From Bacillota bacterium (GTDB lineage: Bacteria > Bacillota > DTU025), in contig JBMNJT010000007.1 of assembly GCA_050951805.1 (NCBI GenBank), positions 1 to 64,000 of the forward strand: 64,000 bases of DNA. Reading direction: 5' to 3'. Below are positions 38,166 through 49,532 of this stretch, one piece after another; within the stretch, counting starts at the first letter, position 1, and every line of letters starts with the position of its first letter. The translations under genes were made by a program, and so were the position numbers. A model generated the notes under the pieces. The model worked only from the letters and a program-made list of their open reading frames with translations, did no database searches and was not told the DNA's origin.

Positions 38166-38564
38166 CTACATGGTTTTTGTCAGGCGCGTTCCCCGACCAC
38201 CCCGCTTGGAGTCCATATGTTTCTTAAGATCTTGGTGCCGCTCATCACTTTCCTTGAGGAACTTGGAAAGCTTATCCTCGAAGGACTGCTGGTATGCCCG
38301 ATCACGGCGCCCTCCTCGCGGCTGGTAGTTAGGATCGGTCTGTTTGATCGAAAGGCCAATCCTGCCGTTATCGGTCGAGATTACCTTGACTCTGACTGTG
38401 TCGTTCATCTTCAGGTAGTCATTTACGTCATGGACGTATTCGTCGGCTATCTCGGAAATATGAACTAGGCCCGTCCTCCCTCCACCAATATCAACAAACG
38501 CTCCAAAACCGGTGATTCCAGTGACGCGGCCTTCAACAATAGAGCCGACTTCAATTGACGACAT
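38166..38564 (-). CDS. yabR: S1 RNA-binding domain protein
   Basis: SIEVGSIVEGRVTGITGFGAFV...GLVHISE...SFEDKLSKFLKES; synteny. Confidence 0.9.
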   Translation of the reverse strand: MSSIEVGSIVEGRVTGITGFGAFVDIGGGRTGLVHISEIADEYVHDVNDYLKMNDTVRVKVISTDNGRIGLSIKQTDPNYQPRGGRRDRAYQQSFEDKLSKFLKESDERHQDLKKHMDSKRGGRGTRLTKTM

Positions 38565-38705
38565 GCTAAGAGAGATCCTCCTATTTTTTTCAACTATCAC
38601 GAGCTGATGCTCATGATTATGTACTTCATATTATATAGAATTCGTTGACCAGTGTCAATGAGTGGCTCAACATTTACAGCCCAAACCATACTGTGAAAGT
38701 TCTCC

Positions 38706-39038
38706 TCAGTCCCCGATCTCAGCCGGTCTGTCTTTGCGCTTTGCTACCGGAGTAAACCCGCTGGCGTCAGGTTCAGCGACTATATACAAAGTCTCGCCCG
38801 GTTTGACAAGCCCCAACTTCTCCCTGGCAATCCGTTCGACGTATTCATCTGTTTGGGCCTCCTCGATCTCGCTTTCAAGGTCCCGTATTCTGGACTGCCA
38901 TTCCTCGCACTCTGCTTCCAAACATTCAGTCTCTTTCCTCAGCGCCAAGAGCCTGGCCCGTCCGCCCGCATAGCACAATCCCACACACACGACGAGCACG
39001 ATCGTGAGGACAACGGTGAGTTTTGAGGACACAGCCAC
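38706..39038 (-). CDS. divIC: septum formation initiator DivIC/FtsB
   Basis: TM segment, coiled coil, YVERIAREKLGLVKPGE. Confidence 0.88.
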   Translation of the reverse strand: MAVSSKLTVVLTIVLVVCVGLCYAGGRARLLALRKETECLEAECEEWQSRIRDLESEIEEAQTDEYVERIAREKLGLVKPGETLYIVAEPDASGFTPVAKRKDRPAEIGD

Positions 39039-39045
39039 CGCCTCC

Positions 39046-39564
39046 TTACTCGTTGACTTCGCGTGCCGCTCGCCCGCGTTTTTCCGAAGCGTCTTCTGCC
39101 CCGCGCCGAAACTTGGCGGCTTGGGACAGTTTTCGCCGCGTTGATGAAAATCCCTTCATGAGCACGCCGGATATTTGCCGATTCGTCCTCGAAACCGGTC
39201 GCCGAGCCCAGTTCCAGGCTCGCCGCAGGCTCCGAAATATTCGCCTGGCCGTCCATTCAATTATGGTGAATACAGGCGCGGCAAGCAACCTGCCTGTGAG
39301 AGTATACACCCAAAAGCCAATAGCAACACCTGCCAGAACGTATACCCGGACCTCTCCTCGGCTTACTCGCATCAAGATGGAAAACGTCATAGCGGAGGAG
39401 AGCAGCCAGTAGAAAAGATCGACTAATGCCATGGCCCCTTTTTGCATGCGAAACACTCGCGCAAAAAACGCGCACAGATCGTACAGCGCTCCCATGAGCA
39501 TGCCCGCAGCAAGTGATGCGAGCACCGTTCGGATCTGCCAGTTCAGGCCTTCCACAGCCGTCAC
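39046..39564 (-). CDS. yabQ: spore cortex biosynthesis protein YabQ
   Basis: GALYD...DLFYW...GEVRVY; synteny with yabP and divIC. Confidence 0.82.
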   Translation of the reverse strand: MTAVEGLNWQIRTVLASLAAGMLMGALYDLCAFFARVFRMQKGAMALVDLFYWLLSSAMTFSILMRVSRGEVRVYVLAGVAIGFWVYTLTGRLLAAPVFTIIEWTARRIFRSLRRAWNWARRPVSRTNRQISGVLMKGFSSTRRKLSQAAKFRRGAEDASEKRGRAAREVNE

Positions 39565-39589
39565 CTCTGCCCCGTGGGGATGATCGCGC

Positions 39590-40474
39590 TTATTCAGGAT
39601 ATCTGACGGCGGCCCAGATCATGAAGAGGAACAAGAGGCCTACTGTGATCCAAGATGTAACATTGCGTGCCCGTGCAGCCCGTTCCACTGCGCGCACCCG
39701 CCATTCTGCCAGCCCGCTTCGGAAACTCGTCCATGCTTGAACGACGTTTCCCACATGTCCTTGAGTCTCGGGGTATGGCGGAATGTCATTTTGTATTGAG
39801 TCCAGATCTGCCTGCGCATCGTCGACCGCCGACATCCCTGCATTGTATGAGGCGAGGGCCGCTATAATGTCACCATCGTAACGGTCTATGAGATAACGAA
39901 GGTACGCCGTCCCAACATGGATGTTTGCGTCAGGATTGTATATGCACATATTCCCGCACGCAGGTGGCGCGTGATCACCGCTACACTGGGCGCTGGGCAT
40001 GAACTCCTGCCATGTGTCCGGCATCAGCTGCATCAGTCCGCGGGCACCCCTCCAAGATACTGCATCGGTCTGAAACCCGCTTTCCTGGGATATCACGGCT
40101 GCCACAAGGCACGGATCGATCCCATTGCGTAAACCCTCAAAGTTTATCGTCTCTGCAAAAGGCATGTCCCTCACTTCAAGCCTTGCAGAACTGTAGTCAC
40201 CCAGGATATCTAAGGCAGCGACGGAAAGCTGATCCACGTACTTCACACCCGCCCAAGAGTAGACAGCAAGAATGATAATGAGAACTGTCAACGATATCGG
40301 CCAACGCTTCGGCATCTTCATCGACGGTCGGAATATGGATACCGCAAAAACGACCGGACTGATGATCACGCCCAAGATCCCGGTAACGATCCTGAGCCCC
40401 AAACCCATACTGCTCTTCTTCTGTGTTGTCGGTTTTCTCCGTTTCGGCGCGCTGCGCTTAGGTTTTCTTGACAT
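39590..40474 (-). CDS. membrane-anchored lytic transglycosylase (SLT domain)
   Basis: AVISQESGF, GARGLMQLMPDT, NIHVGTAYL, ASYNAG, PYPETQ. Confidence 0.9.
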   Translation of the reverse strand: MSRKPKRSAPKRRKPTTQKKSSMGLGLRIVTGILGVIISPVVFAVSIFRPSMKMPKRWPISLTVLIIILAVYSWAGVKYVDQLSVAALDILGDYSSARLEVRDMPFAETINFEGLRNGIDPCLVAAVISQESGFQTDAVSWRGARGLMQLMPDTWQEFMPSAQCSGDHAPPACGNMCIYNPDANIHVGTAYLRYLIDRYDGDIIAALASYNAGMSAVDDAQADLDSIQNDIPPYPETQGHVGNVVQAWTSFRSGLAEWRVRAVERAARARNVTSWITVGLLFLFMIWAAVRYPE

Positions 40475-40712
40475 ACGTGGTCCCCCGGCAAGGCGTATTC
40501 TCCTAAAGCCAAGTTAATTGCATATTCTGATTGCTCAGACCGATTCAATGCAACCTAGCTATTCCATTCCTTCGCCCTGCACTGTCACAGTAGTTCGTCG
40601 CATTTCGCAAGAATCCTATGTGTATAAACTATTTTCAATGTCTATTACACTCTTCGCCCCGTCCCGATGCCCCTCCAACCACGTTCCCAAAGGGCCGGTA
40701 GATCAGCCCAGC

Positions 40713-41024
40713 CTATCGGAGCAATTTGCCCAGCAAGCCTCTCCCCTTCTTCGGGCTCTCGTCGAAATAGTCGCATGTCTCAACATACCCCTCGATCTCG
40801 ATCGTTCCGTCCTCGAGATTGAGCTGCCTTATGTGGAGATCATGCCCGGTCACAGTGAGCGCTCCCGCATTCGTCTCCAGAATTATCTCCTCGTCATCGA
40901 AGCTCTCCACATTAGCTACCCCATCCACCGTCATGCTTTCACGATCAACCAGCACAACCCTGTGTTGCAAGCCCGGACGCTTCCGCCTTGCTTCATCAGA
41001 CAGGTCAGGTCCTTTGGCGGCCAT
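40713..41024 (-). CDS. yabP: sporulation protein YabP
   Basis: HRVVLVDRESMTVDGVANVESFDDEEIILET...GLLGKLLR. Confidence 0.9.
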   Translation of the reverse strand: MAAKGPDLSDEARRKRPGLQHRVVLVDRESMTVDGVANVESFDDEEIILETNAGALTVTGHDLHIRQLNLEDGTIEIEGYVETCDYFDESPKKGRGLLGKLLR

Positions 41025-41142
41025 CGGCACCACTCCTTCGGACAAATCTTTGCATCGATAGCGCGCATCTCTCATGGAGCACATCAATTTGTCCTATGGA
41101 TGTCTATGCCCATTCCCACCATATAATGCATCAACTCGAAAC

Positions 41143-42042
41143 CTAAAGGCCCTTCTCCTTCGCTTCATCCCAGATAGCATCCATCTCCGCGAGAGTCATT
41201 TCTTCGAGAGCCACTCCGTTCTCATCGGCCCTGTGTTCGATGAACTTGAACCTCGACGCGAACTTCGAGTTGGTACGCCTCAGAGCCTCCTCCGGATCTA
41301 TCTTCATGAGCCTGGCCACGTTAACAACAGCGAACAGAAGATCCCCCAGTTCCTCCTCGACCTTTGCCATTTCCCCATCTGCCATGGCCTCGCGGAGCTC
41401 TTCCGTCTCCTCCCAAACCTTTGCGGCTGCGTCCTCCGGACATTCCCAATCAAACCCTACCCTGCTCGCCTTATCCTGGATCTTGACCGCCTGCATGAGA
41501 GCGGGCAGATACCTAGGAACCTCATCAAGAATCGAAGCGGGCGCCCCGTTCGACGACTCCTTCTCCTTCTGCTTTATCCGCTCCCAGTTACGCAAGACAG
41601 TGCCGGCATCGTCCGCTTTTACATCACCAAACACATGTGGGTGGCGACGCACCAGTTTGGCGCAGATAGCCTCCACAACATCATTGAAATCGAAGGCCCC
41701 CTCTTCGCGGGCGATCTGGGAATGAAAGACCACCTGCAGGAGCAGGTCGCCCAGTTCTTCGCAGAGAAGATTCGGATCTTGCCTATCGATCGCCTCCACA
41801 ACTTCGTATGCTTCTTCTATAACATACGGTTTTAAGGAAGACGACGTCTGCTTGCGATCCCAAGGACATCCGTCCTCACCCCGGAGCCTGGACATGATTT
41901 CTACGAGCTTGTCCGCCGGGTATCTGCATTGACTCTCACCTAATACTTCAGCCCCTGAAGCCGCATCGGATTTCACCGTCCTTTGGGCTGCTTCAAGCCT
42001 CTGCAATCTATCGATCTCTTCGATGTCTGCCATGTCTACCAC
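41143..42042 (-). CDS. mazG: nucleoside triphosphate pyrophosphohydrolase MazG
   Basis: LRGEDGCPWDRKQT, EELGDLLLQVVFHS, RRHPHVF, EELGDLLFAVVN. Confidence 0.94.
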   Translation of the reverse strand: MVDMADIEEIDRLQRLEAAQRTVKSDAASGAEVLGESQCRYPADKLVEIMSRLRGEDGCPWDRKQTSSSLKPYVIEEAYEVVEAIDRQDPNLLCEELGDLLLQVVFHSQIAREEGAFDFNDVVEAICAKLVRRHPHVFGDVKADDAGTVLRNWERIKQKEKESSNGAPASILDEVPRYLPALMQAVKIQDKASRVGFDWECPEDAAAKVWEETEELREAMADGEMAKVEEELGDLLFAVVNVARLMKIDPEEALRRTNSKFASRFKFIEHRADENGVALEEMTLAEMDAIWDEAKEKGL

Positions 42043-42063
42043 ACCTTCCGCAGTAATTCGTCA

Positions 42064-43686
42064 CTACGATTTGACCAAACCGATCCGCCCCAGGACGCGC
42101 GCGAGGGGCGGTCCTATCTTAGGGATCATTTCGATGTCGGCACCGACAATCCCGCCGATGACAAGCATCACCAAAAAGTAGGCTACAGCTGCCACCATCA
42201 TTGATGCGATTGTGGCAAGCCCTGCCCATACAGTGGCGCGGACGAGGAATGAGTAAGCAGCCCTGGCTACCACCGCCATTATCGCAGCGGATATCGCGGG
42301 TTTTACAAACTCCGAGGCAAGGCGAACCCCTGCGCCATGACCAAGCCTTCTTGCAACATCAGCCAGGTTTGCCAGGGCAACTACCCCGAATCCCACAGAG
42401 GTGCTTATCGCTGCTCCTACCACGTTCAGCCGCGGGCGACCTGTAAGCCAGTATTCACATACCACCTTTACAACCGAACCGGCCACCAAGTTTTTGACTG
42501 GTGCCCCCGGATAACCCATGCCCTGTAAAATCGCGCCTGATGTCTGCAATGCGCACAAAAAAGCCGAAGCCGGAGCAAGCGCCGCAAGCACCCGCCCAAC
42601 CTCAGGTCTTCCATAGACCAGACTACATATCTCAGAGCTGAGTGTCCAGAGCCCGAACGCTGCAGGAAGGGATATGAGCGCTGTCAGCCTAATTGCGCTC
42701 CCTGCCCGCCTCAAAGCCCTCGATCTGCTCCCAGCCACCAGGGATTCGGAGATCGCCGGCACGATGCTAGTTGCCAGTGCAATCGTGAGAACGTTAGGGA
42801 AGTATGCCAGTGGTAGTGCCATCCCGCTCAACTGTCCGAATAGGGCCGTAGCTGTTTCGGCCGTAAAGCCCGCAGCCCCAAGCCGCGCCGGAACCATCGC
42901 CGAATCGATCGCTCTGACAATCGGTAACACCGAAGCGCCGATGGCCACCGGCAGCGCAATCGAGAAGATGTCGGCCACTAACTCCCATGTTGTCTCTTCC
43001 TTTGTCGCCCGGTTTCCCACGCCTGTGCGGATACATGCGCGCGCGGCCTTCTTGCTCCTGGCCGATTTGCCTCTTCCAACCCCTCCGGCGCTCATCCTCC
43101 GGGCAAAGGCGATCCCCAAGTAAGCGAGGCCAGCCATCCCGCCTGTAACAGCTCCCAGCGCGGCGCCAGCAGCGGCGTACTCCACCCCGCGGGGCATCAA
43201 CGCTGCAGCCAAAGTCAGCATGGTACCTACGCGCACAAGCTGCTCCACAACCTGAGATGCAGCGGACGGCCCCATGTCTTGACACCCCTGGAAATACCCG
43301 CGAAAAGCGGACATCACCGTGACAAAGAAAAGAGCGGGAGCAATTGCCCTCATGGCAAGAGCTACCCGCACATCATGGTAGACACGTTCTGCAAACCAGT
43401 CAGCCCCGAAATACATCAGTGACGAAGATGCAAGCCCAGTGCATAGCATTATGAGAATTGCAACCCTCAGTATGCGGAACGATCCGCGCTCATCCCCGAC
43501 TGCAATGCGTTCAGCTACAAGCTTTGACACGGCAAGAGGCAGCCCTGCCACAGAGGCGACAAGAAAAAAATTATATAAGGGTTGCGCAAGCTCGAGCAAC
43601 CCCATACCTTCATCGCCGATAGTATGAGCGAGAGGGATTCGATAGACAGCGCCGAGTATCCGGCTGATCACTCCGGCAGCCGCCAT
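42064..43686 (-). CDS. yabM: YabM/SpoVB-like MOP-family flippase
   Basis: SRILGAVYRIPL, FRGYFQG, SQVVEQLVR, multiple TM segments; synteny; start may extend upstream. Confidence 0.85.
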   Translation of the reverse strand: MAAAGVISRILGAVYRIPLAHTIGDEGMGLLELAQPLYNFFLVASVAGLPLAVSKLVAERIAVGDERGSFRILRVAILIMLCTGLASSSLMYFGADWFAERVYHDVRVALAMRAIAPALFFVTVMSAFRGYFQGCQDMGPSAASQVVEQLVRVGTMLTLAAALMPRGVEYAAAGAALGAVTGGMAGLAYLGIAFARRMSAGGVGRGKSARSKKAARACIRTGVGNRATKEETTWELVADIFSIALPVAIGASVLPIVRAIDSAMVPARLGAAGFTAETATALFGQLSGMALPLAYFPNVLTIALATSIVPAISESLVAGSRSRALRRAGSAIRLTALISLPAAFGLWTLSSEICSLVYGRPEVGRVLAALAPASAFLCALQTSGAILQGMGYPGAPVKNLVAGSVVKVVCEYWLTGRPRLNVVGAAISTSVGFGVVALANLADVARRLGHGAGVRLASEFVKPAISAAIMAVVARAAYSFLVRATVWAGLATIASMMVAAVAYFLVMLVIGGIVGADIEMIPKIGPPLARVLGRIGLVKS

Positions 43687-43734
43687 AATGGCGGCCCCCC
43701 GGAGAAATGACGTCTGATCCCGGTTGCTGTTCGT

Positions 43735-44292
43735 CTACTCCACCTGCCTTGCCAAATACCCCGCAGCCGTGATAGCCAGACTTTCCTCAAGATCGCCCAC
43801 AGTGCGGTCACTAGCGGTAGTTCCGATCACTACTGCGCCTACAGGGTCTCCATCTGCAATGATAGGGGCTATTGCAGCGGAAATCATGGCTACGGAATCC
43901 GGCCCATCATTCGCCAGTATGCTGGACGCATCCCCGCCTCCGCTAAAATGGACCATCAATGCCTGCTTTTCGGCCATGGCCTTCTCTACCGCACGGCCTA
44001 CACGACGATCGATAAGCTCCTCTTCGAGCGGACCCGATGCAGCAATCACAACATCCCTATCGCATATAAGCGCTACACTGCCTGATGACGCCGAAAGCGA
44101 TTCGGCCATGTCAGTTGCTACGACCTTGAGCTGCCCCACAGGCGAGTATTTCTTCAGCACCACGCTTCCCTTGGGATCCACATATATCTCAACCGAATCG
44201 CCCTCATGTATTCGAAGGCTCCTTCTGAGCTCCTTGGGCACCACAATCCTGCCCAACTCATCGATGCGCCTCACAATTCCAGTAGGTCTCAT
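43735..44292 (-). CDS. spoVT: stage V sporulation protein T
   Basis: TGIVRRIDELGRIVVPKELRR AbrB domain plus GAF-like C-terminus. Confidence 0.92.
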   Translation of the reverse strand: MRPTGIVRRIDELGRIVVPKELRRSLRIHEGDSVEIYVDPKGSVVLKKYSPVGQLKVVATDMAESLSASSGSVALICDRDVVIAASGPLEEELIDRRVGRAVEKAMAEKQALMVHFSGGGDASSILANDGPDSVAMISAAIAPIIADGDPVGAVVIGTTASDRTVGDLEESLAITAAGYLARQVE

Positions 44293-44328
44293 CCACAATA
44301 CCCTCCTGCATATCACTACGTAATTTGG

Positions 44329-47300
44329 TCATTGATTCACTGCTACGCCCTGCTTCATCTCGGACAGAATGCCTATCAGCGTATGCAAGATTTCTCGTTC
44401 CGACATCCCGTGCGTCTTGACCCTGAGTCTTTGCGTTCTCCCCACCGCAAGTGCCACTCTTCCCCTAAACGGCCTTGCGATCCTCATCAGGTCGCTTGCT
44501 GAGTAGCTCACCCCATCAGCAAACCCCACAACCACACTCTGCCTTTCACTGGAAACATTCACAGCCCCCAGATCCCTCGCCAAACCTTTCAACGCAGCAA
44601 TGGCAATGAGGTTTTCCACGGGAGGCGGCAATGGTCCAAATCTATCGATGAATTCCTTCGAAATGTCAGAAGCATCTTCTAACGATTCGATGCCGTTGAT
44701 CTTCTTGTACACTTCTATCTTCTGACGCGAATCGGGGACATAGCTATCTGGAACATACGCGTCAACAGGAAGATCGATCACGGTGGGAGGAACCTCGGGC
44801 TCCTTCTTCTCGCCCCTCAATTCCTTTATTGTTTCCTCCAAGAGCCTGCAATACATCTCAAATCCGACCGCGGCAATATGTCCGTGCTGTTCCGGCCCGA
44901 GAATATTACCTGCTCCCCGTATCTCCAAATCCCGCATGGCTATCTTGTAGCCCGACCCCAAGCTCGTAAATTCGCGAATCGCAGCAAGCCTTTTCTCTGC
45001 GATCTCGCTCAGAGCCGCATCGCGGTTGAACAGAAGGTAGGCATAGGCCACCCTGTTCGTCCTCCCGACCCTTCCACGCAACTGGTAGAGCTGGGCAAGC
45101 CCGAAGTTATCCGCATCATCGATGATTATCGTGTTGACGTTGGGAATATCAATGCCAGATTCTATTATAACCGTACAAACAAGAATATCAAACTCGTGTT
45201 CCATAAATTGTAACATTACCCTTTCAAGCCTCTCCTCCGGCATTTGCCCGTGGGCAACGCCGATGGATGCTTCGGGTACAAGCCGCCTCAGCCTTCCGGC
45301 CACTTCTTCTATGTCGTGCACCCTATTGTGGACGAAATAGACCTGCCCGTTTCGGTCGATCTCCCTCAAAATGACCTCCCTCACAAGGCTGTCATTTTTC
45401 TCCACTACGTAAGTCCTTATGGGGAACCTGTTTTCGGGCGGAGTCTCCATCAGGCTCATGTCTCGAACCCCTGTCATCGCCATATGGAGAGTCCTGGGAA
45501 TGGGCGTTGCCGTGAGCGTGAGAACATCCACTTCCTTGCGGAGCTCCTTCAGACGTTCCTTCTGAGCCACGCCAAACCTCTGTTCCTCGTCGACCACCAC
45601 GAGGCCGAGATCGCGGAACTTCACGTCCTGCGAAAGCAGGCGATGGGTTCCGATAACAACATCAACAGATCCCATCTTTAGACCTCGAATAACCTGTTTT
45701 TGTTCCGCTTCCGATTGAAACCTCGATAGGATTGCCACCTTCATGGGGAACCCGTGGAATCTCTCGGAAAACGTATTATAGTGCTGCTGCGCAAGGATCG
45801 TTGTAGGCACGAGTACCGCGACCTGTTTGCCGTCTACCGCGGCCTTGAACGCAGCCCTCAGCGCCACCTCGGTCTTGCCAAATCCCACATCCCCGCAGAG
45901 CAGTCTGTCCATTGGCATGGGCTTTTCCATGTCCCTTTTCACATCAACTATTGCGCGCCACTGGTCAGGAGTCTCCTCGTAAGGGAAAAGATCCTCAAAC
46001 TCCTGCTGCCATACGGTGTCTGGCGAAAATGCGTAGCCCTTCACGGATTCCCTGGCTGCGTAAAGTCGAAGAAGGTCCTCGGCCATGTCCTGGACTGACT
46101 CCCGCGCCTTCGCCTTGGTGCGCGTCCATTCCGTCCCTCCAAGTCTATTCAGGCGGGGGGGCGAATCTTCCATTCCTATGTATTTCTGCAGAAGGGCAAT
46201 CTGATCAGTGGGGACATACACCTTGTCTTCCCCGGCATACTGGACCAGCAGATAATCGCGTTGGACCCCTGCCGCCTCCAACGTCTGAACCCCACCATAC
46301 TTCCCCACTCCGTGGTTGACATGGACTACGTAGTCCCCGGGCGACAGATCCGTGTAACTGGCGATCCGCGCGCCTTCCTCGACATCGGCGAACCGCCGCC
46401 TCTTCTTCTGCCGGCCATATATCTCGGCTTCTGTAAGAACCAAAAGCTTGATATCGGGACACTTAAACCCCGAAGACAACTCGCCCCGGACTACACTTGC
46501 CGTGCCCGCCTCCGGGACAACATCAAGGGTCGAAGCACAAATCGGCGAGATTCCTTTGCCTTCGAGAAGTTCAGCCAGCCTGTTGCATCTCTCTTCCGTC
46601 GAGGCCATACAGACTACCCTGTATCCTCGTTTCCGGAAGTTCTTGATCTCGTGAATAAAATCGTCGATGCGGCCTGCAAATATCTCCGCCTGTTTCGTCT
46701 GGGCAATTATATGATCCCCGTAACCTGCCAAAGCGCCGCCAGGGCCGGCTCCACAGCTGCCCTCCGGCGCCCTAGCGAGCAAAGACATGGACACTATCTG
46801 TCGACGCTTGATGGCATCGATGATTTCAGCGGCATTCATATACGAGTCTGCCTGCGATGGAAGAACCATGTCGGCTTCGAGGAGCGTAGCATATGTCTCC
46901 CGTATGTCCGACTCGTAGCCATCTAAAGCTTCTTTTAGCCGGACCGGTTCATCCAAGACAAACAGGGCGTCCTCGGCCCAGTCCGCCACCATCACCCGTT
47001 CCGAGTAGAAAAACGGGAGATACTGCTCGTCATTGTCGAAGTAGGCCCCTGTTTCGAAGCGCTCGAGATGATGCATAACCCTTTCACGCAGCTGATTTCT
47101 TGTACGAGCCATCACCATGCTTGAAGGAGACAGCATCGACGGCGCCTGCGCACTGTCTGCCGAGACCGACCGGCCCTTGCCCGCAGCACCAGCGCCCACC
47201 CGATCAAGCTCTTCCCGGATGGACATGCGCGCACGTTCCAGACGTTCCCGGTCATACATGAACTCCCGCGCGGGAGTGATAGTCGCCTCATCCAACATCT

Positions 47301-47952
47301 CCTGTGAGAGTTGAGTGTCAGGGTCAAATACCCTTATGGACTCTATCTCGTCGCCAAAGAACTCTATCCGCACAGGCCGGTCCGCATCATTGGGAAAGAC
47401 ATCGACTATGCCCCCTCGCACACTGGCTTGCCCACGGCCGTCAACCTTGCCCAAAATCTCGTAGCCGCTCGCAGCCAACATGTATACCAGGCCATCGAGG
47501 TCGCAGCGTTGGCCGACCCTGATATCGAACATGGCGCCCCGGAAAATCTCCACGGGAACCATCCTTCTCCCGAGAGCACGCGCCGGCGCCAAGACCACGC
47601 ACTTTTCGCCTCTGGCCAGAGCAGCCATGGCCTTGGCACGAGCCGCAGAAAGGTCAGCGCTCATCGGCGTCTCCTCATAAGGCATCACATCTACCGCTGG
47701 GAAGACAAAGACCCGATCGGAACCGATCATAGTCGCAATATCCCCCGACAAGCTTTCCGCGTCATGCTGTGTCGCGGTAACGACGAAAACCGTCCTCCGG
47801 GCATGACAAAACAGCCCCGATATGAATAGGGACTTCTGCGAACCCGAAAGGCCGACAATATGTGTAGCGCGCGATCCCCGCTCAACTCTTCTCAAAGCTT
47901 CCGTGAAAGCGGTAGAGTCGAGCAGGAGGTCGACTATTCCTGTCAACCCCAT
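44329..47952 (-). CDS. mfd: transcription-repair coupling factor
   Basis: GDYVVHVNHGVG, CGDVGFGKTEVA, VDEEQRFG, TATPIPRT, QLRGRVGR. Confidence 0.97.
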   Translation of the reverse strand: MGLTGIVDLLLDSTAFTEALRRVERGSRATHIVGLSGSQKSLFISGLFCHARRTVFVVTATQHDAESLSGDIATMIGSDRVFVFPAVDVMPYEETPMSADLSAARAKAMAALARGEKCVVLAPARALGRRMVPVEIFRGAMFDIRVGQRCDLDGLVYMLAASGYEILGKVDGRGQASVRGGIVDVFPNDADRPVRIEFFGDEIESIRVFDPDTQLSQEMLDEATITPAREFMYDRERLERARMSIREELDRVGAGAAGKGRSVSADSAQAPSMLSPSSMVMARTRNQLRERVMHHLERFETGAYFDNDEQYLPFFYSERVMVADWAEDALFVLDEPVRLKEALDGYESDIRETYATLLEADMVLPSQADSYMNAAEIIDAIKRRQIVSMSLLARAPEGSCGAGPGGALAGYGDHIIAQTKQAEIFAGRIDDFIHEIKNFRKRGYRVVCMASTEERCNRLAELLEGKGISPICASTLDVVPEAGTASVVRGELSSGFKCPDIKLLVLTEAEIYGRQKKRRRFADVEEGARIASYTDLSPGDYVVHVNHGVGKYGGVQTLEAAGVQRDYLLVQYAGEDKVYVPTDQIALLQKYIGMEDSPPRLNRLGGTEWTRTKAKARESVQDMAEDLLRLYAARESVKGYAFSPDTVWQQEFEDLFPYEETPDQWRAIVDVKRDMEKPMPMDRLLCGDVGFGKTEVALRAAFKAAVDGKQVAVLVPTTILAQQHYNTFSERFHGFPMKVAILSRFQSEAEQKQVIRGLKMGSVDVVIGTHRLLSQDVKFRDLGLVVVDEEQRFGVAQKERLKELRKEVDVLTLTATPIPRTLHMAMTGVRDMSLMETPPENRFPIRTYVVEKNDSLVREVILREIDRNGQVYFVHNRVHDIEEVAGRLRRLVPEASIGVAHGQMPEERLERVMLQFMEHEFDILVCTVIIESGIDIPNVNTIIIDDADNFGLAQLYQLRGRVGRTNRVAYAYLLFNRDAALSEIAEKRLAAIREFTSLGSGYKIAMRDLEIRGAGNILGPEQHGHIAAVGFEMYCRLLEETIKELRGEKKEPEVPPTVIDLPVDAYVPDSYVPDSRQKIEVYKKINGIESLEDASDISKEFIDRFGPLPPPVENLIAIAALKGLARDLGAVNVSSERQSVVVGFADGVSYSASDLMRIARPFRGRVALAVGRTQRLRVKTHGMSEREILHTLIGILSEMKQGVAVNQ

Positions 47953-47997
47953 ACCCCCCGGGAAAGATGACGCATTACAAACACCGCAAGACCCAGC

Positions 47998-48561
47998 TCA
48001 ATTGAAGCGGGTCTGCGCGGTCTCGATGCCGTCCTCTACAATACATAGTATGGCAGAAACGGCGTTTATAACAGCATCCGATATGATAGGAAGTTCATCG
48101 CGGGCAAATGTGCCAAGCACGTGATGGACCGAATCCTCCCATGGGGGAGGCCTTCCTATACCCACGCGCACACGGGCAATATTCTCAGTGCCCATATGTT
48201 CTATAATAGAGCCCATACCCTTGTGGCCGCCAGCACTCCCCTTTGCCCGAATTCGTATGCGCCCCACCTCGAGATCCATGTCATCGTACACAACAATAAG
48301 CGACTCCGGGCCTGCGCCGTACTGCCGGGTCGCTCTTGCTACGGCGATTCCGCTGTTGTTCATGTAGGTCTGCGGCTTCACGATTAGCGTATCCGCCCCT
48401 GCAATCGTTCCCTTTGCAACAAGACTGAGACAATGCGAAGCCCGCCGGAACTTGCCGGCGCCCAGCTCCAATGCGAGACGGTCGGCAACCATGAAGCCAA
48501 TGTTATGCCTGGAGCACTCATATTGGGTTCCAGGGTTTCCAAGGCCTGCTATAATGAACAT
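47998..48561 (-). CDS. pth: peptidyl-tRNA hydrolase
   Basis: GLGNPG...RHNIGF, KPQTYMN, GSAGGHKG. Confidence 0.96.
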   Translation of the reverse strand: MFIIAGLGNPGTQYECSRHNIGFMVADRLALELGAGKFRRASHCLSLVAKGTIAGADTLIVKPQTYMNNSGIAVARATRQYGAGPESLIVVYDDMDLEVGRIRIRAKGSAGGHKGMGSIIEHMGTENIARVRVGIGRPPPWEDSVHHVLGTFARDELPIISDAVINAVSAILCIVEDGIETAQTRFN

Positions 48562-48582
48562 GTCACTACCCGCTGTAAAAGA

Positions 48583-49530
48583 CTAATCAAATAGTATGCT
48601 TACCGACAGCTCAAGATAGATTCTCCTGATCGCCTCCGCAAAAAGCGGGGCCACCGATAGAATCGATATCTTGTCGATCTGTTTCTCTTTGCTCAAGGGA
48701 ATAGTATCGGTAATAACCAGTTCCGAAATCTGCGAATTGGCAAGCCGCTCAATTGCCGGCCCCGAAAGCACTCCATGGGTGCAACATGCCCTTACTTCAG
48801 TCGCCCCCGCCTCGATAAGTGCGTCCGCCGCCTGACAAAGGGTGCCCGCAGTATCAACGAGGTCATCGACGATCACCGCCGGCTTGCCGCGAACATCGCC
48901 GATTATGTTCATAACCTCCGACACGTTAGGCCGCGGGCGACGCTTGTCCACAATGGCCAACGTGCTGTCAAGGTGCTCAGCAATTCCCCTGGCGCGAGTT
49001 ACCCCGCCCACATCGGGAGATACGATCACGCAACCCTTCAAGCCCCTCGATTCCAGATGCTGCGCGAGGATAGGGGCTGCCTTGAGATGGTCGACAGGTA
49101 TATCGAAGAATCCCTGGATTTGGGGCGCATGCAAGTCGATAGTGAGAACCCGGGAAGCCCCTGCAGCAGTGATCAAGTTGGCCAGTAGTTTCGCTGTAAT
49201 GGGCTCTCTGGGCTGAGATTTCCTGTCCTGCCTGGCATAGCCGTAATACGGGACAACAGCAGTGATAGACCTGGCAGATGCGCGCTTTAGCGCATCGATG
49301 ACGATGAGAAGTTCCATGATGTTGTCGTGAACGGGAGCACACAAAGACTGTATGACAAAGACGTCTGCGCCTCTTATGCTCTCGAATATTTGTACACTGA
49401 TTTCACCGTCACTAAACCTGCCCACTTCAGCTTTGACAATGTCTGTTTCGAGATTGGCAGCTATCGCCTTCGATAGCTCAGGGTTGGAATTGCACGCGAA
49501 GATCTTCAACTTTCGATGACATGAGTCCAT
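48583..49530 (-). CDS. prs: ribose-phosphate pyrophosphokinase
   Basis: [32 protein letters not shown]. Confidence 0.97.
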   Translation of the reverse strand: MDSCHRKLKIFACNSNPELSKAIAANLETDIVKAEVGRFSDGEISVQIFESIRGADVFVIQSLCAPVHDNIMELLIVIDALKRASARSITAVVPYYGYARQDRKSQPREPITAKLLANLITAAGASRVLTIDLHAPQIQGFFDIPVDHLKAAPILAQHLESRGLKGCVIVSPDVGGVTRARGIAEHLDSTLAIVDKRRPRPNVSEVMNIIGDVRGKPAVIVDDLVDTAGTLCQAADALIEAGATEVRACCTHGVLSGPAIERLANSQISELVITDTIPLSKEKQIDKISILSVAPLFAEAIRRIYLELSVSILFD

Positions 49531-49532
49531 AG